Below are positions 39,655-49,773 of a stretch of DNA of 64,000 nucleotides, in pieces. Source of the stretch: Akkermansia muciniphila (GTDB lineage Bacteria; Verrucomicrobiota; Verrucomicrobiia; Opitutales; UBA953). Each line of letters starts with the position of its first letter. Within the stretch, counting starts at the first letter, position 1. Where the stretch lies: positions 66,173-130,172 of the forward strand of contig CALQLO010000003.1 in the NCBI GenBank assembly GCA_943331445.1, given 5' to 3'. The notes beneath the pieces are model-generated. The model did no database searches, had not been told where the DNA came from, and worked only from the letters and a program-made list of their open reading frames with translations. Position numbers and translations under genes: made by a program.

Positions 39655-41229
39655 ATGAGCGAAGAACTTCCTGCGAACCCTCCTGGAGAGACTGCACAGT
39701 CAGCCCCTCAACAGGTTGAATCAGCCTCGCTTGGTTCCAAGCGCATGAAGCTCCCATTTTGGAAGCGTATCGGTGGCGGGGGTCTTACGGTGTCGCTCGC
39801 TATTCACGCGGTGCTTATCTTTATTGCGGCAGCTTTTGTCGTCTCGACGGTTACGGACAATGCCAAGAAGGATCCTAACACTTTTGCGACCGGTGCCGGC
39901 GGCGGTTCCGGGGGCGAGCGCGTGAAGAGTACGCAGCACAAGATTCAGCCCAAGAACGTTAAGTCGCTGGCCAAGACGACGACCCGCATTACTTCCAAGA
40001 GCGCTTCGGCATCAATCGCTTTACCGGACATTCCCAATTCTGCATCTGCCTCTTCCATGGTTGCGGGTGCGATGGCTGGCGGTGCTTCCAAGGGCTTCGG
40101 CGGCGGTGCCGGCGGCGGCATCGGTGCTGGCAAGGGGATGGGTTCCGGCGGCGGGAAAAACTTCGTCGCGAAGCCCGTCCTTGGGGCGAACATCTTTGCC
40201 CAACGGTTAGCGGTTTATTTCGACGCTTCCGCGTCGATGCTGCCCTATCTCGACAAGGTTGAGGCCGAGATCCGCGATAAATTCCCTGATGCGGACGTCT
40301 TCCTTGGCAATGGGGTGTTCATCGACATCCATGATACCGAGGTTGTCGGCGGCGATAAATTCAAGGGTACCCCGTTTCTGAATCGACCTCAGGGTGGCGG
40401 TAAGAAAAAGACCGCTAAGGGTGAAATCGTTGAGACAGATACTAACCCGGCCAAGCTCACCAGCGCGGGCCGCAATATCCTCAAGAAATACGGGCAGAAC
40501 TTTAAAGTCGGTTCCGCCGGGGCTTGGATTGACGTCCTCAAAGATGAGCGTGCTTACGACGCCTTGATTATTTTCTCTGACTTTCAGGACGGCGTCCGTC
40601 AGGTTCGCACCAAGGGTTACAAGCCCGACAAGGGGATGCGCCCGGACCCACCCGTTGTTTTTACGGACCGTAATGATGCGGGCTCTGGCGGTTTCAAGTC
40701 CGCCACGATTATTCCTACGGGCGGCTCCGCAGGCCAGCCGGTCGTGATGACTAAAGACACCACTGGATTGGCCGTGGGCATGTTGGCCGTGGGTTCAGGG
40801 ATTCCGCTCAATACGACCATCACGGAAATTAAGCCGAACGTGAGTTTCACTTTGGATAAGCCGCTGAAGGGTAACCCTACCGGTAAGATTTCGTGCAACA
40901 ACGGCGGTGACAAGCGTAACCCCGAAGAGAAGAAATGGGAAGAAGAGTGGCTGAAGGCTTTCGCCGCGGCGAAGGACAATAAAGGACCTCGTCTTTATCT
41001 GCTATCCATTCAGCAACAGCCCCGTGGCGTGCTCGCAGCGTGCGTTGAGGCTTCTGGCGGTCAGGCTAAACTCATCACGGGCCTCCGCACGCTTGAGGCT
41101 GCACCTCTCGCTGGCGTTAAGCCTCCAGTGGCTGGTGCTCCAGCGGCGGCCACCCCACCTGCTGCGGGAGATACCAGTGCCGCGATCAAGGGCGTCACGA
41201 CCAAGGCCGCAGCCAAGCCGGTTCGCTGA
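39655..41229 (+). CDS. Membrane-anchored protein: SxxxH TM, Gly-rich linker, VWA-like domain, beta-rich insert (paralog A)
   Basis: VSLAIHAVL TM; AVYFDASASM (DxSxS); LIIFSD; aligns by eye with 41362..42438. Confidence 0.7.
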   Translation: MSEELPANPPGETAQSAPQQVESASLGSKRMKLPFWKRIGGGGLTVSLAIHAVLIFIAAAFVVSTVTDNAKKDPNTFATGAGGGSGGERVKSTQHKIQPKNVKSLAKTTTRITSKSASASIALPDIPNSASASSMVAGAMAGGASKGFGGGAGGGIGAGKGMGSGGGKNFVAKPVLGANIFAQRLAVYFDASASMLPYLDKVEAEIRDKFPDADVFLGNGVFIDIHDTEVVGGDKFKGTPFLNRPQGGGKKKTAKGEIVETDTNPAKLTSAGRNILKKYGQNFKVGSAGAWIDVLKDERAYDALIIFSDFQDGVRQVRTKGYKPDKGMRPDPPVVFTDRNDAGSGGFKSATIIPTGGSAGQPVVMTKDTTGLAVGMLAVGSGIPLNTTITEIKPNVSFTLDKPLKGNPTGKISCNNGGDKRNPEEKKWEEEWLKAFAAAKDNKGPRLYLLSIQQQPRGVLAACVEASGGQAKLITGLRTLEAAPLAGVKPPVAGAPAAATPPAAGDTSAAIKGVTTKAAAKPVR

Positions 41230-41361
41230 GTCAGGCCTAGGCCTAACTCCAGCCATCGCCGGAACTGAAAGGTTTCCCTGCGGTTAATACTGGGTTGCCC
41301 AATGGGTGATGCCTGGGCTTGGGCGTGTTTGATATTCGGAGAGGTGTCCTAGAATGGTCGG

Positions 41362-42438
41362 ATGGAATCCCGTGACTCTGTACGTCCACGCTCGCGTGCG
41401 CGCTCCCTCGCCGGATTGGCTTTTTCCATCGCGGTACACGTGGTATTGGTGATGGCAGCCTGCTGGATTGTGTGGCGGCAGGCAGGCCCGGAGCAACGTG
41501 CGCAGGAGTTTGTCGCCCATGCGGTGGCGGGCGGACGCAGTGGTGCGTCGGCAGCTACCGTGGTTCATCCGGTGAGCCATCCGAAGGTCAGGATGCCGCA
41601 AGCACGCCTGGCGACGAAGTCTGCCAGTGCCACGCTTGCACTGCCGCCGATGTCTGCGCCGAAGCTCGGGGCCGCCATGGGCGCGGCGACGGGCCGAGGC
41701 GGGGTTTTCGGAAGAGGTATCGGTCGGGGTGCGGGCGGCGGTCTAGGCGCTGGCCTGGGTAAGTCCGCTGGCTTCGTGGGCCGACCGGTGATGGGCGCCT
41801 TCATCCGGGCCAAGCGCGTCGCGGTCTACCTGGATTGCTCGGGTTCGATGCGCTCGTATCTGCCGCGTGTCGAGGCCGAGATCCGGAAGGAGTTTCCGGA
41901 CGCAGACGTATTCCGGTTTGACGGTGCCCGGGTCGTCGGCTTGGGCGACACGGTCGTTTTTGGCCGACGGTTTCAAGGCGTCGCGCCTCGCCTGCGCGAG
42001 GGTCCGACGCAGACCACGCTCGAGTCGTTGACGCCAAACGGTCGCTCGGTGCAGGCCAAGGTCCGGACAGCCTGCGAGAAGGGCTCGCTGGGAGCGTGGA
42101 TGGATCGGCTATTGGCGGAATCCTATGACGCGCTAGTGGTCTTCTCTGATTTTCAGGATGGCGTTAGGCTCTATGAAACTAAGAAAGGCGAACCGAAGAT
42201 GGTCTATTCGGATAGTTCCTATCATAAGATCGGTGGCGTCCAGAAAGGACACACCCGTTGGCAGCGGGAGTGGCTGGAGGCCTTCGCCAAGGCCCCGCAC
42301 GGGGCCGGCCCGCGGCTTTATCTCTTTACCGTCCAGCAGGAGCCGCAGGTTTTCCTGCAGGCTTGCGTGGCGGCCTCCGGCGGTGCCTCGACCTCGGTAT
42401 CCTGGCTGAAGAAAGGCGGACGCAAGGCGTCGCCTTGA
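41362..42438 (+). CDS. Membrane-anchored VWA-like protein (paralog B)
   Basis: FSIAVHVVL TM; AVYLDCSGSM; YDALVVFSDFQDG; GPRLYL shared with paralog A. Confidence 0.7.
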   Translation: MESRDSVRPRSRARSLAGLAFSIAVHVVLVMAACWIVWRQAGPEQRAQEFVAHAVAGGRSGASAATVVHPVSHPKVRMPQARLATKSASATLALPPMSAPKLGAAMGAATGRGGVFGRGIGRGAGGGLGAGLGKSAGFVGRPVMGAFIRAKRVAVYLDCSGSMRSYLPRVEAEIRKEFPDADVFRFDGARVVGLGDTVVFGRRFQGVAPRLREGPTQTTLESLTPNGRSVQAKVRTACEKGSLGAWMDRLLAESYDALVVFSDFQDGVRLYETKKGEPKMVYSDSSYHKIGGVQKGHTRWQREWLEAFAKAPHGAGPRLYLFTVQQEPQVFLQACVAASGGASTSVSWLKKGGRKASP

Positions 42439-42475
42439 CGGTTGCACCCTTGGGCGGGACGGCTTGGATAGGCGC

Positions 42476-42895
42476 ATGGCCCCTTTCACGGCAGATTACC
42501 GCGCTAATTTCTCCGACACCGACGCCGCGGGCATCGTGCATTTCTCGACGATCTTTTTCTGGGTCGAGGCCACGGAAGAGGCTCTCTTTCGCCAATTGAA
42601 GTTGCCGTTTATTCGGGCTGAAGGGGCCAAATTGACCGGCTTCCCCCGCGTGCGCGTCGAGTGCGACTTCCTTTCGCCGATTCACCGTGAAGATATCGTG
42701 GCCGTGTCGCTTACGCCGACGGAGATCGGGGACAAGAAAATCGTCTGGGGCTTCGAGGCCAAGGTGGGTGAACGCGCCGTCGCCAAGGGTGCCCTGACGA
42801 CCGTCTACGCCTGGCGCGAAGGACAGGGCCCGATGTCGGCCGCGTTGGTGCCACTTGAAATCAAGACGGCGTTGCAGCAGCACTTTGGCGTCTGA
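42476..42895 (+). CDS. Hotdog-fold acyl-CoA thioesterase (4HBT/YbgC family)
   Basis: FSDTDAAGIVHF motif; about 139 aa. Confidence 0.88.
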   Translation: MAPFTADYRANFSDTDAAGIVHFSTIFFWVEATEEALFRQLKLPFIRAEGAKLTGFPRVRVECDFLSPIHREDIVAVSLTPTEIGDKKIVWGFEAKVGERAVAKGALTTVYAWREGQGPMSAALVPLEIKTALQQHFGV

Positions 42896-42898
42896 GCT

Positions 42899-44326
42899 AT
42901 GAACGAAGGCACTACGAAGAAGCCGTGGGTGTGGCTCGGTCTGGTCGCCGTGGGCTTTGCGTGCTTCTCCTTGCTCGGATTGCAGCCGGCATCCTTTGCC
43001 TCGCTCGTCCATCCGCAGCCTTTGCATGCCGATGAGGCGGTGCAGTGGTCTTTAGCCAAAGATCTATCGGAAGGGGTCCTTTACAGTTCCCATGAAGACC
43101 GTTTCCACGGCCCGACCTTGGCGTCGTCCCTGTTGATCTGCTCCAAGGCGTCGGGCACCGCGTTCGCGGATATGTCGGAATCCTATCTCCGTAACGTCAC
43201 CGGTTTTTATCTCGTGCTGCTTTCCTTGGCGGCCTTGGCCTTACCCGGTGTCGGTCTGATCCCGCGCGTCACCGCCTCCACGTTCTGCTTCCTCGTCGGC
43301 GGCGGTGCTCCCTTCGGGTTTTATTATGTGCAAGAGGTGCTCCTGGTGGCGGGGCTCGCCTGGGGTGTGGTGCTATGGTTGCGTTCCGAGGTCGCGGAGT
43401 GCCCTAGGCTTAAGGTTTTTTTTCGTCTGCTTTCTGGCCTGTCCTTCGGTTTTGCACTGGCCTGTAAGGTGACGGCGGCGGCTTACCTTTTATTCTTTTT
43501 TGTGGCGCTGATGCTGGCACGCAAAGCTTGGGTTGATCGTCATCTCTTGGCCTTCCTGTTCGGCTTGATGGCGTCATGGGCTTTCTTTCAAAGCGTGGCC
43601 TTCACGGATCTCCATGGCTTGACGACTTGGTGGGGTCAGCTTGCTCGGTCGCTGGGCGTAGCCAGCGGCCAGTCGGAAGACACGCTGATGGCGGTTAACT
43701 ACTGGCCTTGGATCTGGGCAGCCCTCTGGGTGGGGGAGTTTGCCCTTCAGCGTTACCTGACACAGCGACTGGTCCCCTTCCGCTCCGGGTCATTCGACTT
43801 CGCCTTAGTTTTTGTCGGCTTGATCTTCAGCTTCCATCTCCTGCTGCCTTACAAGACGCCTTGGTTGCTTTACGGCGTCATGGCTTTACCCTTGGTCCTC
43901 ATCATCCCACACCAGCTTAGTGGCGGCTGGCTGCGGGATGGCATCCTGTTGGTGGGCTTGCTCATCGGGGCTGGCTGTGCGGCCGGAGATTTTGCCTCGC
44001 ATTCGCCGACGGCCGACCTGCGGGCTTTCGAAGCGAGCACGGCTCGATTCAAGGAAGCCTACAAGGGAAAAACCTTCTTCATTGCATTAGAATTAAAGGA
44101 AGGGGGCAATTACTGGCCTCTGCCATATTACCTCCGTCGCTACCAAGTTGGCTTCGGGGACTTTCCCGCGGCCGCTCAAGCTCCCCTGCGGCTGATCCCG
44201 GTGACCGACGACAGCGAGCCAGTCGTATCCGGCTACGCGGTCTCTAAATTGACCCTCCGAGAGGGCGGGGACCGCTATTGGGTGCTGGTTGCCAAAGGCT
44301 ACGAAAGCGTTTTTATCGGGAAATAA
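42899..44326 (+). CDS. GT-C-fold multi-pass membrane protein (TIGR03663-like)
   Basis: HADEA after TM1, FHGPT, YKTPW, YWPLPYYLR; many TMs. Confidence 0.7.
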   Translation: MNEGTTKKPWVWLGLVAVGFACFSLLGLQPASFASLVHPQPLHADEAVQWSLAKDLSEGVLYSSHEDRFHGPTLASSLLICSKASGTAFADMSESYLRNVTGFYLVLLSLAALALPGVGLIPRVTASTFCFLVGGGAPFGFYYVQEVLLVAGLAWGVVLWLRSEVAECPRLKVFFRLLSGLSFGFALACKVTAAAYLLFFFVALMLARKAWVDRHLLAFLFGLMASWAFFQSVAFTDLHGLTTWWGQLARSLGVASGQSEDTLMAVNYWPWIWAALWVGEFALQRYLTQRLVPFRSGSFDFALVFVGLIFSFHLLLPYKTPWLLYGVMALPLVLIIPHQLSGGWLRDGILLVGLLIGAGCAAGDFASHSPTADLRAFEASTARFKEAYKGKTFFIALELKEGGNYWPLPYYLRRYQVGFGDFPAAAQAPLRLIPVTDDSEPVVSGYAVSKLTLREGGDRYWVLVAKGYESVFIGK

Positions 44327-44331
44327 CCGCC

Positions 44332-45243
44332 ATGGAAAGCACCCCAGTCATCCACAATTTCTCTCACGAGGCATTCGGCTCTCGTTTCTGGATTCGCATC
44401 GCCGCCGAAGATGCCATCTACGCTCGGAATGCATCGGAGGCGCTATTCCAGCATCTTGATGACTTAGATTTCCAGACGGACCTCCGCCATGACAGCGGAC
44501 CGGTCGCCTCAATTAATCAAATGCCCGAAGGCGCCTTGGTGGCCGCCTCGGAGCACGTCCAGGCACTCTGGAATTTCTCCCGCGATGTCCGGGCGGACAC
44601 CAGTCGGGCTTTTGATGCCACCGCGGGGGCCCTTTTCCGCTACTGGAAAGACCGTGGCGATAGGCCCTTTAATCCGGACGATGCCGCCTGGCAGCAGATT
44701 TGGACGGCCTATCAAGGTGGGGAATTCAAGCTCGAGGGATGCGAACTCTCCTGTGTCAAATTTGGTTCCTCGGTCGACTTTGGTGCCATCGTGCGCGGTT
44801 ACGCCCTCGATCGGATGGCTGAAATGCTCGAAAGCAGCTGGGGAATTCATCGGGCGCTACTCATGGCCTCCGGTAGCGTCACGCTCGCACTTGATCCTCC
44901 GGGAGATTCCGTGGGCTGGCGCATTGGCGTCGGCGCCCACGAGGAAATCAAGCTGTGTCGTTTCGCCATGGCGAGTAAGATGGCGGATCCCACACGCGCC
45001 AATATCGTAGACCCGCGGACGGGCCAGGCCGTCTCCTTGATTGGGCCGGTGCGCGCGATTGCGACTTCAGCCATTGAGGCCGAAGGCTTGGCGGCCGTGG
45101 GCTGTGTGCTTACTTCGGCGGAGAGCGAAGAATTTGTGAACCGTGGCTGCAGTCGCGGTCTCTGGATGCCGGATGGCTCTAAGTTGGGATCGGCGACCTA
45201 TTTCGATGTGACGGAGCGGCCGATATCGGACACGGTCAGTTAA
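44332..45243 (+). CDS. apbE: ApbE/Ftp-family flavin transferase homolog (divergent)
   Basis: FDAT, DFGAIVRG, WRIGV, IVDPRTG; no signal peptide. Confidence 0.7.
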   Translation: MESTPVIHNFSHEAFGSRFWIRIAAEDAIYARNASEALFQHLDDLDFQTDLRHDSGPVASINQMPEGALVAASEHVQALWNFSRDVRADTSRAFDATAGALFRYWKDRGDRPFNPDDAAWQQIWTAYQGGEFKLEGCELSCVKFGSSVDFGAIVRGYALDRMAEMLESSWGIHRALLMASGSVTLALDPPGDSVGWRIGVGAHEEIKLCRFAMASKMADPTRANIVDPRTGQAVSLIGPVRAIATSAIEAEGLAAVGCVLTSAESEEFVNRGCSRGLWMPDGSKLGSATYFDVTERPISDTVS

Positions 45244-46984
45244 TCAGTGCTTCGAGGTCGTTCAGCAACTTGACGCGATTTTCAGAGAAAATAAAGGTGT
45301 CGGAACTGAGTCGTCGCAAAGATGCTTGCAGGACTTCCTTGGACGGTCGGCGGTTTAGCATCAAGCGGCGAAGGTATGTTTCCAAGTCGGCGGAGATCTG
45401 GGCGTACTCCAGTTTGAGCCGCACAATCTGCATCAGGATGGCTTGGTTCGTTTCGTTTTGGAGGTGCGCCTGGATGAGTACCTCGTTGGCTTCGTCGTAG
45501 CGGCGGGCCGTAATGAGCTTCCGGCTAGCGGAAATCAGTACTTGGGGCGGCACATTACGGTTTTGCATCAACTTCTGTAGGTTGATGATCCCGATATCTG
45601 CTTGGCCATCGGCGAAATAGGCAATCATGCGCAAGGCTTCAAAGGCGATGCGCGTCTCGGCGACCCACTGTTCGCGTTCGGCGCGTTTGTAGAGTTCGTC
45701 GACCAGTTGGATGGTCTCCCGGGGTCGATTGGCGTTCAGTAGGCACTCGACGTGCACCAAGGTGAAACGCACGCGATTGGGAAAGCGCCGGGTTTCCGCT
45801 AGGCGTTGCAGGCGAAGGGTTAGGGTGGTGTCGGCGGTGTCATTCCCGAAGCGGCTGAGGTCGAGCATCGTCTGCTCTTGATGGCCGAATCGGCTAATAA
45901 CCTGTTCGATCTGTTGTTCGCGACGGCTGCGATTTGCCGCTCCTGGCATCAGGTAAAGCGACTGAATGAGGGGGGTGGGCTTGTCGGGTGCGATGATGGT
46001 CAGGAGGGCGAGGCTGTCTTGGGCGGCGGCGAGTTGGCCCATCTCCTTGAGCCACGAGGCTTTAATTTCCAACAGGCGTTCCTTGCCCGCGGGGTTGGCG
46101 TTGAGTGCGAAGTTAATCTGCTCCAGCGCGGCGTTCCGCTCGCCGGATTCCCAGAGTATCTGGCAATTGAGGAGGTAGCCTTCGGCGGTCAGGGTGAGTT
46201 GGTGGGTTTTGACCAGCCGGGAAGCTTCGCTGAAATTGCCTCGCAGAAAGTTGGCTTGGGCTGCGGCGATTTGGAGATCCTTCTTGATCAACGGCGCGAG
46301 CTCCGGGTCATTCATATACTTATTTGCCGTCGTGATGATGCGCTGGTCTTGGTCCAGCATGAAGCATCGCTGGAGGTAAATGCGGAAGTGTTCGCGGTCT
46401 TGCTTGGCGAAGAGCATTGAGTCTTCGAGCAGCTTGTAGCTATCGAGCGGACGATTGAAGGCGAAGAAGAGGTCGGCGGAGAGTCGTTGGGCCTCCAGGT
46501 CCGTGGGGCGCAGGCTGGAGCCAGTGCCGATATATTTAGCGAATTCGGCGTAGTCCTGGCGGGTGAGTGCGGCCTTGGCGATCTCGATGTAAAATTGTCC
46601 TTTGCGTTGCAGGTGGGCGATGCGACCGTAGCCTTCAGCAGCGTGGATGATCTGAGCTAAGTCGCGCTGGCGGATGGCTTCCTTGCCGCGGAAAACATTA
46701 CCCACGGAGTTGGCAATCGTGTCCGGGAAGTACAGGTACATGTCGGCCCGCCGCGTCGTCGCGATGCCGTTCATATACTTCTGATTAAATAGGTAGAGTT
46801 CCGCGGTGACTACCCAGAGCCCGGCGAGGAAAATAGGCAGAAGCAGGCAGACGCGCCCCCAGGCCAGTCGATAGCGGCGATTTTTATACCCGACGGTATC
46901 CACGATGACCAGACCCAGCAGGATGCTCCGACTGGAACGGGAGTCCTGCCCTTGGCCGTAGACATAGTGGGGTTCCGATGACAT
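45236..46984 (-). CDS. Membrane-anchored helical-repeat (TPR-like) protein
   Basis: One N-terminal TM followed by an all-alpha A/L-rich repeat pattern. Confidence 0.6.
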   Translation of the reverse strand: MSSEPHYVYGQGQDSRSSRSILLGLVIVDTVGYKNRRYRLAWGRVCLLLPIFLAGLWVVTAELYLFNQKYMNGIATTRRADMYLYFPDTIANSVGNVFRGKEAIRQRDLAQIIHAAEGYGRIAHLQRKGQFYIEIAKAALTRQDYAEFAKYIGTGSSLRPTDLEAQRLSADLFFAFNRPLDSYKLLEDSMLFAKQDREHFRIYLQRCFMLDQDQRIITTANKYMNDPELAPLIKKDLQIAAAQANFLRGNFSEASRLVKTHQLTLTAEGYLLNCQILWESGERNAALEQINFALNANPAGKERLLEIKASWLKEMGQLAAAQDSLALLTIIAPDKPTPLIQSLYLMPGAANRSRREQQIEQVISRFGHQEQTMLDLSRFGNDTADTTLTLRLQRLAETRRFPNRVRFTLVHVECLLNANRPRETIQLVDELYKRAEREQWVAETRIAFEALRMIAYFADGQADIGIINLQKLMQNRNVPPQVLISASRKLITARRYDEANEVLIQAHLQNETNQAILMQIVRLKLEYAQISADLETYLRRLMLNRRPSKEVLQASLRRLSSDTFIFSENRVKLLNDLEALIN

Positions 46985-47036
46985 GCCTTCACCGATGTTC
47001 CCTGTCCGCTGGGGGCGGGCAAGTGTGGAGTGACTT

Positions 47037-49046
47037 TCAGCGGAGCAGACGGGCGGCTTCAATGGCGCCACTGACCCGCGGCAGGCAAGTCTGTCCAATG
47101 CAGACGGTGAAGCCCGCTTCGGCCGGGGTGCTGGTCATAAACATGGGCCGATAGGGCAGGGCGTGCGGCGCGGTATTGGCATCTCCCAGGAGCTCCGCTC
47201 GGAAGGCATCCCAGCCCCCCGGGGCTTTGGCGGTGGCATAGCCCGAAGCATGTCGAACGAGGCCGTCTAGGGCGTGGGATACCCCGCTAGGTACGTTGCG
47301 CGAAAGTCCGCCATACGCCGAAGCGAGATCAGTGAACTCGCGCGACCAGAGGCTGTCATCATCCAGTGAACGCATGATGCCGAAGCCGTGGAGGAGGGAG
47401 GCGTTGCCGGAGGGAATCGCATTATCAAACCAATCTTTCTGACGAACCGAAAGGTCTTCACGGTCCGCCGGCACAATGAAGTAGCCCACGGCATGAGGGT
47501 CGGCAAAACGATCCTTGGCGGCGTGTAGAATCAGGGAGGCGCGCTGTTGATGGAGCGTACCCGCGGCTGGATTTACCCAAGGCGCGAAAGCCGCTAAGGC
47601 TAGTTCGGCTTCGGCCATCCAGGCGTGATCGGCAAGGCCCGCTGGTAGGCTGGCCTTTTCGCCATGGGCGACACTCAGGAGATTCAGTCCGGGATTTTCC
47701 TTGGCCAGGATGGTCCAGAGTTTCGCTTCAGTCTGTGCGGCGTGCTCATACCAGTCTTTGCGATCCATGATCCAGCTGGCTTTGGCCAACCCGGTGATCA
47801 CCAGGGCATTCCAGCCCAGCAGGTTTTTACTATCACGTTCGGGTTGGGGTCGCCGGTTGCGTTGAGTGAGTAGCTTGGCCCGGGCGGCCGCAAAGCGGGT
47901 GCGCGTGGCGTGATCGCCGCGCAACTTGGGAATATTGGCGCCCTCGAAGTTGCCTTGGTCGGAAAGGCCGTAGGCTTGGGCAAAGGCAAAAGCGTCTGCC
48001 CCTAGGATCTCCGCGACCTCGGCGGACTTCCAGACGTACGTCGTCCCTTCTTCGTGGTCGGTGTCAGCATCGAGCGAGGCCGCGAATAGGCCGTTCTCCG
48101 TGCGCATTTCCCGGAGCATCCAATCGACCGTCTCGGCGCAGACATCCGCATACAGTGGGTCGCGGTAGCGGGCCCAGGCTTCAGCGTAAACGCCAAGGAG
48201 CTGGGCATTGTCGTAAAGCATCTTCTCGAAGTGCGGCACGGTCCAATCACGGTCCACGCAGTAGCGATGGAAGCCGCCACCGATTTGGTCATAAAGCCCG
48301 CCGCGGGCCATGGCACCGAGCGTGATGGTGAGGACGGCATCCATCCGGATGGCGAGGGTGCGGTCGGCTTGGACTTCAGGATCAGCCCGCATACCCAGAA
48401 GAAAACTGAGCGTATGGGGCGAGGGGAACTTGGGGGCACCGCCGAAGCCGCCGTGCTGATCATCATGTTGCTCGCAAATACGTCGAACGGCACTGATGAG
48501 GTCGGCTTTCGTCGGGGCTAGTCCGTCGGCATCAGGTGCCCTTGTGAGGTGCGTGAGGTTCTGGGCAATCGCGTCAGCATTGGCGCCGAGCTCAGTTTTG
48601 TTGCGATGGTAGAAGTCGGCCACGCGCATGAGCAACTGCGGCCAGGGGACTTGCCCGTGGCCGCGATCTTCGGGCGGGAAGTAAGTTCCGCCGAAGAATG
48701 GCCGGCCATCCGGTAAGCAGAAACAATTGAGCGGCCATCCGCCGTGCCCCTGAATCATCTGGACCGCGTCCATCATCAGCTTGTCGACTTCAGGGCGTTC
48801 CTCGCGGTCAACTTTGATACAAATGAAATGCTGATTCATCAGATCCGCAATCCAGGCCTGTTCGAAGGACTCACGGGCCATCACATGACACCAATGGCAG
48901 GATGAATAGCCGACCGAAACCAAGACGGGTTTATTCTCGGCTTTGGCCGCGGCAAAGGCTGCCGGACCCCAAGGCCACCAGTGCACGGGGTTATCCCGGT
49001 GCTGGCGGAGGTAGAGAGAGCTTTCTTGGGCCAGGAGGTTCGGCAC
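47037..49046 (-). CDS. Thioredoxin-domain protein, YyaL/SSP411 family
   Basis: [41 protein letters not shown]. Confidence 0.92.
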   Translation of the reverse strand: MPNLLAQESSLYLRQHRDNPVHWWPWGPAAFAAAKAENKPVLVSVGYSSCHWCHVMARESFEQAWIADLMNQHFICIKVDREERPEVDKLMMDAVQMIQGHGGWPLNCFCLPDGRPFFGGTYFPPEDRGHGQVPWPQLLMRVADFYHRNKTELGANADAIAQNLTHLTRAPDADGLAPTKADLISAVRRICEQHDDQHGGFGGAPKFPSPHTLSFLLGMRADPEVQADRTLAIRMDAVLTITLGAMARGGLYDQIGGGFHRYCVDRDWTVPHFEKMLYDNAQLLGVYAEAWARYRDPLYADVCAETVDWMLREMRTENGLFAASLDADTDHEEGTTYVWKSAEVAEILGADAFAFAQAYGLSDQGNFEGANIPKLRGDHATRTRFAAARAKLLTQRNRRPQPERDSKNLLGWNALVITGLAKASWIMDRKDWYEHAAQTEAKLWTILAKENPGLNLLSVAHGEKASLPAGLADHAWMAEAELALAAFAPWVNPAAGTLHQQRASLILHAAKDRFADPHAVGYFIVPADREDLSVRQKDWFDNAIPSGNASLLHGFGIMRSLDDDSLWSREFTDLASAYGGLSRNVPSGVSHALDGLVRHASGYATAKAPGGWDAFRAELLGDANTAPHALPYRPMFMTSTPAEAGFTVCIGQTCLPRVSGAIEAARLLR

Positions 49047-49141
49047 GCCTGCACGGTTGAGATACCGCCGCAGGGTGCAACAAAGACCGTTAGGCCGCCC
49101 TTCGACTTGCAGGAGGGCCGATGTCGGTCAAGGCTCGGGGA

Positions 49142-49771
49142 ATGAGGCCCCTGATGTTCGCCATGCTGCTGACTGTCGCCACCGCGACGGCGGTGGAGGT
49201 GCGGGTCCAGTTGCCCGACCAGGGGGTGGATGATCGGCTGAAGGCATTTGCTGCCCGTTCGGAATCCTTGGTGGTTGAATGGGAGCCCAAGGTGGCGGCG
49301 GCCCTCGGAGTGCCGGTCGAACGTCGGCCTAAATCCGTCACGATTATTTTCCGGGACATGAAGGGGGTCGCTTATTGGGACGGTAAGGCGATCAACGTCG
49401 CGACCGCGTGGGTGGCCGGGCATCCCGATGATGCGGGTCTGGTTGTCCATGAACTTACCCATGTGCTGCAGGGTTACCGCAAGGCCCCCGGCTGGATGAC
49501 GGAAGGGCTGGCGGACTATGTCCGCTTTCAGCTGATGGAGAAAGGGAAGTTCGGTATCCGTATCGACCCCTCCAAGAATAAGCCTACGGACTCATATCGC
49601 GTGACTGGTTATTTCTTGGCCCAAGCCGAGAAGAAGTACCCCGGGCTTATCGTGAAACTTAATCAGGCCTGCTTCGAGGGTGCGCCCGTCGACAAGGTCT
49701 TTGCCGCCCACTGTGACGGGCGTACCTATGAGCAGGCCTGGGCTGAGCTGGTGCCGCCGATCAAGAAGTAG
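49142..49771 (+). CDS. Secreted basic secretory protein (BSP)-family putative metallopeptidase
   Basis: Signal peptide, HELTH, WMTEGLADYVR, SYRVTG. Confidence 0.8.
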   Translation: MRPLMFAMLLTVATATAVEVRVQLPDQGVDDRLKAFAARSESLVVEWEPKVAAALGVPVERRPKSVTIIFRDMKGVAYWDGKAINVATAWVAGHPDDAGLVVHELTHVLQGYRKAPGWMTEGLADYVRFQLMEKGKFGIRIDPSKNKPTDSYRVTGYFLAQAEKKYPGLIVKLNQACFEGAPVDKVFAAHCDGRTYEQAWAELVPPIKK

Positions 49772-49773
49772 CC

